This document shows positions 28,300 through 36,776 of a stretch of 51,750 nt of DNA, in pieces (the first letter of the stretch is position 1; each line of letters begins with the position of its first letter). The notes under the pieces are model-generated. The model saw only the letters and a list, made by a program, of their open reading frames with translations. It was not told the origin of the DNA and did no database searches. The position numbers and the translations under genes are program-made. This stretch comes from an uncultured Planctomycetales bacterium (GTDB taxonomy: Bacteria; Omnitrophota; Gorgyraeia; Zapsychrales; Fredricksoniimonadaceae), in NCBI GenBank assembly GCA_964555945.1, contig CAZKUL010000002.1, positions 1-51,750 on the forward strand, given 5' to 3'.

Positions 28300-29754
28300 T
28301 CATGAATTCTTTAATTCCACGAGTGCTTTTCTGGCGGCCAGGCAGATGGCTTCATAAGGATCTTGGGCACCCATGGATATGCCCTCCTTCTCTAAATCTC
28401 CGGGAAGGAGGGGTTTTCCGAATTTAATGTTGATCGGATGGCGTTTGGGATACTTTGCGGTGCTGGGCCAAGCCTCATGGGCCCCGGTGATGGCCACCGG
28501 CAGGAGCATGGCGCCTGTCACCTTGGCCAAAATACCAAAGCCTTTTTTAAATTCCCCTATCTTACCGTCCGTGCTGCGTAAACCCTCGGGAAAAAAGCAC
28601 AGGCCCTTACCGTGTTCCAGAACAAAATAACAGCTGCGCAAGGCTTCCAGAAAATGGGTGGAAAAATCAAAGGGAATAAACCTCCCCATCTTGACAAAAT
28701 TCCGCAAAACACGGTTCTTGATAAACGGCCTAAAAAAATAGGGTCCGAAGACAAAATAAAAGATCTGAAATACCGGCCTGCGGGGCAGGCAAGCGCCAAT
28801 GGCCGGACCATCAAGAAAACTGGTATGATTGCCATACAAAATATAAGCGCCTTCTAGAGGGACATTCCCGGCCCCTTCTTGCTTAATACTGAAGAATAAT
28901 TTAAAAAGCAAACAGTCGATGGCTGTAAACAGAAATCGAAACAACCACGCAAAATAACCAGTTGTCAATTCAAGCATCCGCAAGGTGTCTTGCTTAGGGA
29001 GAACCTTCAGATTTTCTTTCCAATAATCTTCACCGGGGGATATGTGTTGGTCTTCCAGCGGTATATCTTTGGCACCTATCAGGGCCTCCGTTATGCTCAA
29101 TATCAGGTCCTTGACGCTAAAGGCCCTTGATATTGATTCAATCTTCAAGTCCGCGCTAAAAGCTGACTGAAGCGCTGAAGCCAGTTCAATTCTCCCCAGA
29201 GAATCTACCCCTAAGTCCAGTTCCAAAGAATCCTCCAGGATGATGGGCCTTCGGATGCCGCTTTGTTCCCTGAGGCATTGGAGTATCCTTTTGCCGATCA
29301 CGGAACCTGTTAAGGCAAGATCCTGCCCTGAAAGTCTTCCTGACACCGGAAGAGCGCCCTCTTTGCCGGCGATCACCCGTTGCTCGTAAATGGCCTTAAT
29401 CTTATTTCTATTGATCTTGCCGGAGGCCTTTAAAGGAAAATCATCAAGTGTTACCGTAAAGCCTGTAATCCTTTTGTATAATGGAAGCCCCTGCGAGGCA
29501 TTATCAAACCTTTCCTGGAGCACTCCACGGAGATTCACTTCTCCAAATTCCCTGAAACTATCGAGATCAGGTCGAATGACAGCCCAAAGCACTTTTGAAT
29601 TTACAACCCCATGCATGCCTGAGACTGAAAAGACGCACATCTCTTTAATAGGGGCCAGCTTTGTATAAAAATCTTCCAACTCTTGAGGGTAAATCTCTTC
29701 CCCCGAATTCAAGACTATAGTATCCTCAATGCTGGTTATGGAAGCTTCTGCCAT
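28300..29754 (-). CDS. Fusion of an acyl-AMP ligase C-terminal subdomain, an acyl carrier domain and a PlsC-type acyltransferase
   Basis: 484 aa with a strong SD (GGAGG) before the ATG. The N-terminus matches only the post-hinge part of ANL enzymes (IVLNSGEEIYPQELE...ASGKINRNKI). The PP-binding motif is LGVDSLGRIE, and the PlsC motifs are NHTSFLD and FPEGLRS. Confidence 0.8.
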   Translation of the reverse strand: MAEASITSIEDTIVLNSGEEIYPQELEDFYTKLAPIKEMCVFSVSGMHGVVNSKVLWAVIRPDLDSFREFGEVNLRGVLQERFDNASQGLPLYKRITGFTVTLDDFPLKASGKINRNKIKAIYEQRVIAGKEGALPVSGRLSGQDLALTGSVIGKRILQCLREQSGIRRPIILEDSLELDLGVDSLGRIELASALQSAFSADLKIESISRAFSVKDLILSITEALIGAKDIPLEDQHISPGEDYWKENLKVLPKQDTLRMLELTTGYFAWLFRFLFTAIDCLLFKLFFSIKQEGAGNVPLEGAYILYGNHTSFLDGPAIGACLPRRPVFQIFYFVFGPYFFRPFIKNRVLRNFVKMGRFIPFDFSTHFLEALRSCYFVLEHGKGLCFFPEGLRSTDGKIGEFKKGFGILAKVTGAMLLPVAITGAHEAWPSTAKYPKRHPINIKFGKPLLPGDLEKEGISMGAQDPYEAICLAARKALVELKNS

Positions 29755-30244
29755 GTACCTCCTCTGGATTTAATTCTTTTTGGTTTGATTTGGGGCCGAA
29801 AACCCACCACTTAAAAAGAACAAAGTTAAAAAGGCCCGTAAATGCGGTGGCCATAACCAAAGCCATCAGCACATGCCCTGGCCAGTGGATCAAAGCCTCC
29901 TGATTGATAACAACATTGAGACCCAAGGCCAGGGAATTAATGAAGACGTAACGGACCGCTTCAGCCAAGGACGTCTGATTTCTCTTAAAGATCCAATATT
30001 TATAAAGTACATACCCCAGAACGCCGGCGCAGGTAAAAGATATCCCTTTAGAAATATTATAGGCAAAGAAATGAAATAAGACGTAGTAAATACTAAAGTC
30101 CGTGGCCGTGACAATGCTCCCTGCCACACAACAGAGGACAAATTCTTTTCTAATGTGTCTATCCATTGCCGAATATTGTCTATTTCCATCCGCCTTCATT
30201 GGTACGCGCCTGCACCAATACGTGGGGATTGGGCCCAGAGACAT
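29726..30244 (-). CDS. GtrA-family membrane protein
   Basis: 172 aa with four TM segments and the terminal pattern FVLFKWWVF. It overlaps the next gene by 29 nt. Confidence 0.7.
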   Translation of the reverse strand: MSLGPIPTYWCRRVPMKADGNRQYSAMDRHIRKEFVLCCVAGSIVTATDFSIYYVLFHFFAYNISKGISFTCAGVLGYVLYKYWIFKRNQTSLAEAVRYVFINSLALGLNVVINQEALIHWPGHVLMALVMATAFTGLFNFVLFKWWVFGPKSNQKELNPEEVHGRSFHNQH

Positions 30245-30310
30245 AAGTAGTAAAACTTAGAACAAAAAGGGCGAGTAACAGGAAAAATTTGATAAACTGT
30301 ACGCTGTTCG

Positions 30311-30556
30311 TCATTTTCTTATCTCCATGTGGTTCTTCACTTTATCATCCACGGCAACGGCTGAAGCCGTATTGGTGGCGAGATTCATTTGTTGATCGTT
30401 AAAAACTTGCCCATCCAATGTCACCGTGCCTTCTTTGACACTAACATGGATGTCCTTGGCCACCGCGGATAATCCCTGATCATCTTTGAGGGCTTGGCGT
30501 ATCATTTGAGCGGATTGTTGATCAGAAGAAGTCGGCTTTGCTTTATATTTATCCAT
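30311..30556 (-). CDS. Single BON-domain protein
   Basis: 81 aa. The segment VSVKEGTVTLDGQVFNDQQMNLATNTASAV..VKNHMEI fits the BON pattern. Confidence 0.7.
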   Translation of the reverse strand: MDKYKAKPTSSDQQSAQMIRQALKDDQGLSAVAKDIHVSVKEGTVTLDGQVFNDQQMNLATNTASAVAVDDKVKNHMEIRK

Positions 30557-30573
30557 TTGATTTTTCCCTTATT

Positions 30574-30978
30574 TTAATTCGTTAAAGATACATTGACCAC
30601 GGCAAACCCGCCTGCAGGCACTTGTCTAAAGTACATGTCATTACCATAGTAATAGGTATTGCCGCCAACCAGGACCGTTGTAGAGCCCGGCGGTAGTGAC
30701 GCCACCAGCACGCCATCAGACATCACTGGAAAAGGAGTCCCCCACCCATACCAACCGTTCCTATTCCAATTGCCATTATGATAATAATGCCTGTTTCCAT
30801 GCCCCCCTCTTTGCCCATTGTTCCTGCCATGCGCCATGGAACCCCTATTCATGGTGCTTCGGTTATGTCCGCCATTATGTCCCTCTTGATGTCCTTGCGC
30901 AAATGCGCCAGGCGTGACCATTGACAGCCCTACTGAAAACATCAACGCTGTTTTAAATCTTAAGATGTGCTTTAACAT
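30574..30978 (-). CDS. Secreted His/Gly/Asn-rich protein
   Basis: 134 aa with a signal peptide. The segment QGHQEGHNGGHNRS...GGHGNRHYYHNGNW is followed by a YY-containing C-terminus (GGNTYYYGNDMYFRQ) similar to 12344..12985. An AGGAG SD is present. Confidence 0.75.
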   Translation of the reverse strand: MLKHILRFKTALMFSVGLSMVTPGAFAQGHQEGHNGGHNRSTMNRGSMAHGRNNGQRGGHGNRHYYHNGNWNRNGWYGWGTPFPVMSDGVLVASLPPGSTTVLVGGNTYYYGNDMYFRQVPAGGFAVVNVSLTN

Positions 30979-31058
30979 TTTTTACTCCTATCTTACATTA
31001 TTCATTGACCACAGACTCATTGTCTACAATGCTGACAACGACGGGTTAGATGTTGAAA

Positions 31059-31244
31059 CTATTGGGTGTCATGCCGTATGGAATCGGCCACATCACGGCC
31101 TGAAGATCTAAGGTCTTGACCTGCATCATGAACGGTAGTCCGTAGATCCCCTCCGGCGTGTCTAAATGGCCGGCCTCCGGCCAAGAACCAAACAAGCAGG
31201 ACAATCAAAAGTACTGTAACAATTCCTATAGGTCCGTTTCCCAT
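31059..31244 (-). CDS. Small single-TM protein
   Basis: 61 aa with an AAGGAG SD. One TM (IGIVTVLLIVLLVWFLAG) is followed by a charged tail. Confidence 0.55.
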   Translation of the reverse strand: MGNGPIGIVTVLLIVLLVWFLAGGRPFRHAGGDLRTTVHDAGQDLRSSGRDVADSIRHDTQ

Positions 31245-31271
31245 CTTTGTCTCCTTTCAATAACTGTCTAT

Positions 31272-31730
31272 CTATAAAAGTGCGAGGCGATCATTCTGGC
31301 TGACAGGGATGATCTTGGCGAACTGAACCAGCATGTCATTGAGAGAACTTAATTTAGTGACCCTGACATTATCTTGGGCCAATTTGACTTCATAGCCCGT
31401 CTGGTCTTTGATGATCCTTTCAAGGCTGGCCATACTGCTATGTTTGGGATCAAATTTCACTTCTTTGAAATTCTTAAGGTCCAGGGAGCTTCTCATGCCT
31501 CTTTCCGGCAGGTAAATGGTCCCATTACCAAAATCGACGCAAAAGGCAATAACGCCCGGGATAATAAAAAATAATAAGCCTATGCCATCCAGAATGGTCA
31601 CGCCGACATCCAATCTTCCGCCTCTTTGCCCGCGGCGTTCAGGGTACATCAGTGTCCCGCAGCCAATTAACTGCATCGTTAAAGCCGCACAGACAAACAA
31701 ACGTAATGAGTTGACTAATGTTTGGGTCAT
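31272..31730 (-). CDS. Lipoprotein with an additional TM segment
   Basis: The start was moved to the ATG at 31730, which has a GGAGG SD (the track start at 31751 is TTG). The lipobox is LIGC. Confidence 0.6.
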   Translation of the reverse strand: MTQTLVNSLRLFVCAALTMQLIGCGTLMYPERRGQRGGRLDVGVTILDGIGLLFFIIPGVIAFCVDFGNGTIYLPERGMRSSLDLKNFKEVKFDPKHSSMASLERIIKDQTGYEVKLAQDNVRVTKLSSLNDMLVQFAKIIPVSQNDRLALL

Positions 31731-31747
31731 ATTGCCTCCATGGTTAT

Positions 31748-32158
31748 TCAAGTTGGATCAGGGCTATGCGTGTCGAGTTTGCCTTCTTTTAAATCTTCTT
31801 TGGTTTTTTCGGCCAATAAGCCATATTTTCTCTGGATCTTTCCCAGGTCTTCATCTGTTAATTTCTCAATGTCCATCATTTCGTTATGAGCGCCCTTGGT
31901 GGCCCGGATGATTTCATCGAGCTTTAACTGGATCGCGATGGTATGGCGGTTCTGGCTGTTTTGGATGATAAAAAGCATCAAAATGGAAATGACCGCTGAT
32001 AACGTGCCGATAATCAAGTGCCACATCACGTCAAAATGATAAGGAAATCCGGCGAGGGCCCAAACCAAGACAATCAGGAAGGCCGCGAAGCCTACATAGG
32101 ATTGCGCGGCTTTATCTGATACCCATTTCGCGATCGAAGAAAAACACTCCATATTCAT
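31748..32158 (-). CDS. Low-affinity iron permease-family protein
   Basis: 136 aa. The segment LMLFIIQNSQNRHTIAIQLKLDEIIRATKGA matches the family hallmark (IQN.QNR....Q.KLDELIRA) as I remember it. Confidence 0.7.
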   Translation of the reverse strand: MNMECFSSIAKWVSDKAAQSYVGFAAFLIVLVWALAGFPYHFDVMWHLIIGTLSAVISILMLFIIQNSQNRHTIAIQLKLDEIIRATKGAHNEMMDIEKLTDEDLGKIQRKYGLLAEKTKEDLKEGKLDTHSPDPT

Positions 32159-32172
32159 CCCGGAAAACTTGA

Positions 32173-32340
32173 TTATCCATGTAAATGCACATCGACGCCT
32201 GCATCATGGTCGTGATGATCGTCATGATGATCGTCATGGTGGTCATAATCACGGCGGTGGTCGCGGTCAGAGAAAAAGCATCCTGTGAGTTGAACAGCCA
32301 AAGCGACTCCGAATAATATTTGTAACGTTTTCTTAAACAT
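32173..32340 (-). CDS. Small His/Asp-rich lipoprotein
   Basis: The start was moved to the ATG at 32340, because upstream codons read through repeat A. The sequence is MFKKTLQILFGVALAVQLTGC with lipobox LTGC, then DHRRDYDHHDDHHDDHHDHD. It is a paralog of 47369..47518. Confidence 0.65.
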   Translation of the reverse strand: MFKKTLQILFGVALAVQLTGCFFSDRDHRRDYDHHDDHHDDHHDHDAGVDVHLHG

Positions 32341-32370
32341 ATTCCTTTTCTCCTTGCTGTCCAAATTGAG

Positions 32371-32433
32371 CGTAGGGGCTAGGCCCTTCCATCGGGCGGA
32401 CACAAGGTCCGCCCCTACGCAAAATTGGTGTGA
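32371..32433. repeat. Family A GC-rich hairpin repeat
   Basis: cgtaggggctaggccc...gggcggacacaaggtccgcccctacgcaaaattggtgtga. Confidence 0.85.
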
Positions 32434-32439
32434 TATGAC

Positions 32440-33201
32440 TTATGGATTAATGGTCATATTGTTGATGACATTGGTCACACCGTTGATATCATTGGCGACC
32501 TTGGTGGCCATGTCTTTGCCAGCCCCGTTGATGGCATTGCCGCTGAGGGTGACGATCCCATTGTTTGTCTCAACGCCGGTCTTAAAGGCACTGGTCGAGT
32601 GGTGCGTCAGGAAAGCCATCTTGACCTGGGCGGTGATGGAGGCATCATCGATCTTATTGTCTTTGTTCTGATCGGATTTATCAGCATTTTCCACGATGGT
32701 CATTTGGTTATCGATACCTTTAATACCATCGATGTCTTTGGCATATTCACCGGTCAGGTCTTTTTGGGCCTGGCTGTCAGCGTGGCCCTTTAAGGTGGCA
32801 ATCCCGTCGGTAACATAAACTTCGGTATTCACAGCGCTCACATTGCGATTGAATAACAGGGCCCCTTTGACCTTCATGCTGAGCCATCCATCGGAATTCT
32901 CAGGCGGCTGTTGGCCGGAGATGGTCAGCTGATTATCGACACTTTTGACCCCGGGCAAACTGGCCACGGTCTCTTGGGCCAATGATTTATGGGACTCTTC
33001 ACTGACTGTGCCCGTCAAGGTCACCACGCCGTCATTAGAGGATGTGTTGATGGCATCATCTTTAAGGTATGTCCTAAAGACATAGGAGTCCTTGGCCGAT
33101 GATTGGATGCGGTCATCGGTCTGGGAGGCGCGTACGGACACGCTGGAGAATAAAAGGCCGAACATGACTGCTAGAAAGACTTTTGAGTAATTTGTGTTCA
33201 T
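32440..33201 (-). CDS. OsmY-like periplasmic protein with three BON domains
   Basis: The start was moved to the ATG at 33201 (AAGGA SD, signal peptide MNTNYSKVFLAVMFGLLFSSVSVRA). There are three V/I-TL.G......K.....A....GV..V.N.(L/M)TI repeats. Confidence 0.85.
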   Translation of the reverse strand: MNTNYSKVFLAVMFGLLFSSVSVRASQTDDRIQSSAKDSYVFRTYLKDDAINTSSNDGVVTLTGTVSEESHKSLAQETVASLPGVKSVDNQLTISGQQPPENSDGWLSMKVKGALLFNRNVSAVNTEVYVTDGIATLKGHADSQAQKDLTGEYAKDIDGIKGIDNQMTIVENADKSDQNKDNKIDDASITAQVKMAFLTHHSTSAFKTGVETNNGIVTLSGNAINGAGKDMATKVANDINGVTNVINNMTINP

Positions 33202-33265
33202 AGAAATCCTTCCTAAACTGGTACTATTGAGTAAATCCCCTCTTGATGAGGCCTTCATTGTAAAA

Positions 33266-33430
33266 CTACGCGGAAACTCTCCGGCCAAAAACGAACGACA
33301 CGACCGCTAAAACTAAAAAGACAAAGAACAAAATCTTAGCGATGTCAATGGCTGAACCTGCGATGTTGGTGAATCCCAACACTGCGGCTACAATGGCGAT
33401 AACGAAAAAAGTGACGGCCCAATTTAACAT
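33266..33430 (-). CDS. DUF1328/YtjA-like small membrane protein
   Basis: The ATG at 33430 has a GGAAGGAGG SD. The sequence is [46 protein letters not shown]. Confidence 0.8.
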   Translation of the reverse strand: MLNWAVTFFVIAIVAAVLGFTNIAGSAIDIAKILFFVFLVLAVVSFVFGRRVSA

Positions 33431-33458
33431 AGAAACCTCCTTCCCTAAATAAAGTTGT

Positions 33459-33543
33459 GTCATCCCGACGAAAGTCGGGATCTTTTAAAGATTCCGGCGA
33501 GCAACTGCGAGTGTCGGTCAATACGAGCTTCCGCCGGAATGAC
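33459..33543. repeat. Family B repeat, unit plus long variant
   Basis: gtcatcccgacgaaagtcgggatc (33459-33482) and gattccggcgagcaactgcgagtgtcgg...ccgccggaatgac (33490-33543). Confidence 0.8.
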
Positions 33544-33586
33544 CAACTGGTTGATGACTGTAGTCTAGTGAAAGGGTCGTGATGAA

Positions 33587-33607
33587 TCAATTGTACTGAG
33601 GTATAAT
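33587..33607 (-). promoter_or_regulatory. Copy of the 21-nt intergenic motif
   Basis: tcaattgtactgaggtataat. It is separated from the DUF1328-like gene by the family B repeat. Confidence 0.6.
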
Positions 33608-33623
33608 AAGGGGAAAAGGGTGG

Positions 33624-34244
33624 TTATTCCGAGGAGGATGTGATGCCGGCTTGTTTGGCAAAGCCGATGAGTTCGGTGACGGTTTTGGCTTGCATCTTCT
33701 GCATGACCCGTCCGCGGTGGACCTTGATGGTCTGCAGGGAAGTCCCCCGTTTGGACGCGATTTGTTTATTTAACAGGCCTTGGGCCACAAAAAGAAAAAC
33801 TTCCAGTTCCCTGGGGGACAATGTCTTGATGCGCTGCCTGATCTTAAGGATTTCACCTTGCTTTTTATTCTGGGTCTTACTTTTTAAGATGGCCTGGGCA
33901 ATGGCCTCAAGCAGTTTCTTTTCAGTAAAAGGCTTAGGCAAAAAATCAATGGCCCCTGCCTTCATCGCTTTGACGCTCATGGGGATGTCCCCATGGCCGG
34001 TGATAAAAATAATAGGCGTGATGATCCCCCGCTGGGCCATGATTTCCTGAAGGGCAAATCCATTGATATTAGGCAAACGGATATCCAAGACAAGACATGA
34101 AGGTAATTTAGGATGCTTGAAGGCCAGGAAATCGGAGGCCCGCGTAAAGGTCTCAACCGTAAAGCCGTTTGATCCCAGCAGCAAAGACAAGGCCTTGCAA
34201 ATAGAGGCATCATCATCAACCACATAGACAATGGCATTGGTCAT
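33624..34244 (-). CDS. Response regulator, FixJ/NarL (LuxR HTH) family
   Basis: 206 aa. REC motifs are VYVVDDD and LVLDIRLP. The C-terminal segment LSPRELEVFLFVAQGLLNKQIA is a LuxR-type HTH. Confidence 0.92.
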   Translation of the reverse strand: MTNAIVYVVDDDASICKALSLLLGSNGFTVETFTRASDFLAFKHPKLPSCLVLDIRLPNINGFALQEIMAQRGIITPIIFITGHGDIPMSVKAMKAGAIDFLPKPFTEKKLLEAIAQAILKSKTQNKKQGEILKIRQRIKTLSPRELEVFLFVAQGLLNKQIASKRGTSLQTIKVHRGRVMQKMQAKTVTELIGFAKQAGITSSSE

Positions 34245-35527
34245 GGCTTATTCTTCATGTTCACAGGAATGGTAAAAAAGAAAGTCGAACCGCGATCCAG
34301 ATTATTCCGCCCTTCCAGATGTCCGCCATGGGCCTCGACAATGGAACGGCTGATGGAGAGTCCCATCCCCAGACCATCCGGCTTGCTCGTAAAGAAATGC
34401 GCAAAGAGCTTCTTTTTATTTTCCTCTGGAATACCACAACCAGAATCTTTGACTTCTATCAGGATCGTATTATTATCCTGACGGAATGTGCGGACCATCA
34501 ATTCATGGGAATCCTTGCTTGTCTCCATGGCTTCCAGGCTATTGCTGATCAGATTGAGGAGCACCTGCTGCAGTTGGATGCGGTCCCCGTAAATTTGCGG
34601 AAGACTTTCCGCCAAGTCGAATTTAATAGCATTATTGCCTGCTGTGATGTGAGGCATGATGAGCTTGACCGTATCATTAATAATGGCATTGATATCAATC
34701 GCCTCGAATGTAGGCTTGGTCTTTTTTAACAAGGACCTCATCCTGCGAATGACTTCAGCGGCCCTTTGGTCATCGTTAATGATGTACTGCAGGATCTCCT
34801 TGAGTTTGGGCTCCCTGTCATTAAGTATCCGTTGGCCGGCCTGGGCATAGGAAAGGATCGCGGTCAAAGGCTGGCTAATTTCATGGGCCAGGGATGACAC
34901 AAATTCCGCCAGTTTTCCCACACGCGTCACATGCAGGAGTTCTTCGCGCTGGTCGGCAATCTCCAAATCCCTCTGTCTCATCAAGGTGGTATCGGTCTTA
35001 TTGCCTACATAGTGGGTCGTGATGCCGTTTTTATCACGGACCAACGTCATGCGCAATAAACTCCAAAATTTCTCGCCGTTCTTTTTAAAATTGAGCAGCT
35101 CTCCGTGAAAGGACTTCCCCTCGCGCAGTGCTTGTTTGATCTCCTCATAAACATGTGCATTATCATCCGATCCATAAAGCAAGAAATAATTTCTTCCAAT
35201 GACTTCACTTTTTGAATAACCAGTAAGCATATAAAAAGAGGGGTTAGCATAGACAATGGGATAATTAGGCTTCTGGGCATCGATAATAAAAATGCCATCA
35301 AATGTCGATTCCATGGCCTTGGTGCGAATGTGGATTTGTTCTTCAGCCACCTTTTCCCGGTCAGCACCCTGTTTTTCCCGGTCAGCGCCTTGTTTTTCGC
35401 GGTCCACCCCTTGCTTTAATTGGCCTTCCTGCTCACGGACCTGCTCCTCCAGATGGCTACGGGACCTTTGTCGCAAGAGGAGCCCTTGGGGTATTTTCTT
35501 TTTTACCTTACTTATTTTTCTGTTCAT
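34241..35527 (-). CDS. PAS sensor histidine kinase
   Basis: 428 aa with a PAS domain. The H-box is LAHEISQPL, G1 is DSGCGI and G2 is GMGLSI. It overlaps the RR gene by 4 nt. Confidence 0.92.
   Translation of the reverse strand: MNRKISKVKKKIPQGLLLRQRSRSHLEEQVREQEGQLKQGVDREKQGADREKQGADREKVAEEQIHIRTKAMESTFDGIFIIDAQKPNYPIVYANPSFYMLTGYSKSEVIGRNYFLLYGSDDNAHVYEEIKQALREGKSFHGELLNFKKNGEKFWSLLRMTLVRDKNGITTHYVGNKTDTTLMRQRDLEIADQREELLHVTRVGKLAEFVSSLAHEISQPLTAILSYAQAGQRILNDREPKLKEILQYIINDDQRAAEVIRRMRSLLKKTKPTFEAIDINAIINDTVKLIMPHITAGNNAIKFDLAESLPQIYGDRIQLQQVLLNLISNSLEAMETSKDSHELMVRTFRQDNNTILIEVKDSGCGIPEENKKKLFAHFFTSKPDGLGMGLSISRSIVEAHGGHLEGRNNLDRGSTFFFTIPVNMKNKP
35351..35413. repeat. 3 x 21-nt in-frame tandem repeat in the HK gene
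   Basis: cttttcccggtcagcaccctg / tttttcccggtcagcgccttg / tttttcgcggtccaccccttg. It encodes (Q)G(V/A)DREK x3. Confidence 0.85.
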
Positions 35528-35533
35528 AGCTGC

Positions 35534-35896
35534 CTATACAAATGACGAGACCTTGATCAATTCCACCAATGTCTCACCATTCACGGGTTTTTGCAAAAAA
35601 CCTACCGCGCCTACCTTTAAAGCCCTCTCACTGGCGTCATCTTTCTTCTCAGCAGAAATAAATATGATCGGACGTTTGGATCCAGAGTCCAAAATCCTTT
35701 GTTGTGTCTCCCATCCATCCAAGCCCGGCATATGGATATCCAGCAGCAAACAACCAGGTTCATCATGGGGCACCTTGTCAAAAAAACTTTGCGCGGAATT
35801 AAACGTCTGTACCTCGAACTCATAGGTCATCAAAAGCGTCTTGAGCGCGCGGCATACGGACTCATCGTCATCAATAATAAAAATATTGGGTGGCAT
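35534..35896 (-). CDS. Stand-alone response-regulator receiver
   Basis: 120 aa. Motifs seen are IFIIDDD, LLLDIHMPG and LQKP. Confidence 0.88.
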   Translation of the reverse strand: MPPNIFIIDDDESVCRALKTLLMTYEFEVQTFNSAQSFFDKVPHDEPGCLLLDIHMPGLDGWETQQRILDSGSKRPIIFISAEKKDDASERALKVGAVGFLQKPVNGETLVELIKVSSFV

Positions 35897-35951
35897 TTTT
35901 CTCCTTTACCAAAATATAATAGGCTTTTGATCCTGAAACCGCAAGGGCAAA

Positions 35952-36215
35952 TTAAACTTGCCTAACCACCAAGCGTGTCAACCCCACCAAAACCACAGCA
36001 CCGAGAACAGCCATCAGGAACATACCGAAGGAAGAGCCGATCGAGAGTCCCAAAACATTGGATATCCATCCGCCAAGCATGGCGCCCACAATCCCAATGA
36101 CGATATCTCCCAGGACCCCAAAGCCCCGGCCGCGTGTGATGATACCCGCCACCCATCCGATGATTCCACCGACAAAAAGAAACCAAAACCAATAACCTAA
36201 AGAATTATGTTCCAT
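35952..36215 (-). CDS. GlsB/YeaQ/YmgE-family stress membrane protein
   Basis: The ATG at 36215 has an AAGGAG SD. The segment GIIGWVAGIITRGRGFGVLGDIVIGIVGAMLGGW is the family hallmark. Confidence 0.8.
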   Translation of the reverse strand: MEHNSLGYWFWFLFVGGIIGWVAGIITRGRGFGVLGDIVIGIVGAMLGGWISNVLGLSIGSSFGMFLMAVLGAVVLVGLTRLVVRQV

Positions 36216-36291
36216 ATCGTTCTCCTTTTTCATAGTGACCACCTGTCACGTTGAGTTCATGGATGTATTCTATGGAAGGGTCATGGCTAAA

Positions 36292-36312
36292 TCAATTGTA
36301 CCAAGGTATACG
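36292..36312 (-). promoter_or_regulatory. Copy of the 21-nt intergenic motif
   Basis: tcaattgtaccaaggtatacg. The core TACC-TT-GGTA is a perfect palindrome. Confidence 0.55.
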
Positions 36313-36354
36313 CATGCGGAATCGTGTGAAAAGGGAGAAAGAATACGCGCCAAA

Positions 36355-36687
36355 TCAGGTTAAAGGTTTCGTGTCGACCAGTCTGGTCACCACGTTCAGA
36401 CCCGATCTGTTGCTGTATTGAACAGTGACGGGATCACCTTTTTGAAGTTCAATGATGGACATGTGACGGGTAAAGTTCAGTAAATCGGATTCCAGCATGA
36501 TATGAAACGTCATGGATGTTCCCTGGTCAGTCTGGACGCTAATGGTGTCACTTTCAGGGTCGCTATAGGTTATCTTGCCTGTAACTGTTGCCAGTTTATC
36601 GTCGCTAATGGCTACCTGGCCATGGACGGGACCGGCTATAAAAAGCGCTGTCAATAACACTACACCCATCACGTTTAATTTATACAT
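36355..36687 (-). CDS. Hypothetical small exported protein
   Basis: 110 aa with a signal peptide (ALFIAGPVHG) and an AAGGAG SD. Confidence 0.6.
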   Translation of the reverse strand: MYKLNVMGVVLLTALFIAGPVHGQVAISDDKLATVTGKITYSDPESDTISVQTDQGTSMTFHIMLESDLLNFTRHMSIIELQKGDPVTVQYSNRSGLNVVTRLVDTKPLT

Positions 36688-36722
36688 GCATTCTCCTTTG
36701 TATGGAACACTCCAGTGACACC

Positions 36723-36752
36723 ATTGTACCTGATTTTTGATGCCCCTGGCAA
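36723..36752 (-). promoter_or_regulatory. Sigma70-like promoter containing a half copy of the 21-nt motif
   Basis: The minus strand reads TTGCCA (36752-36747), an 18-nt spacer, then TACAAT (36728-36723). This is about 35 nt upstream of the start at 36687. The left half ATTGTACCTG of the motif is conserved. Confidence 0.45.
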
Positions 36753-36776
36753 TGGCTTAATGAGGAAATTTTAGCG

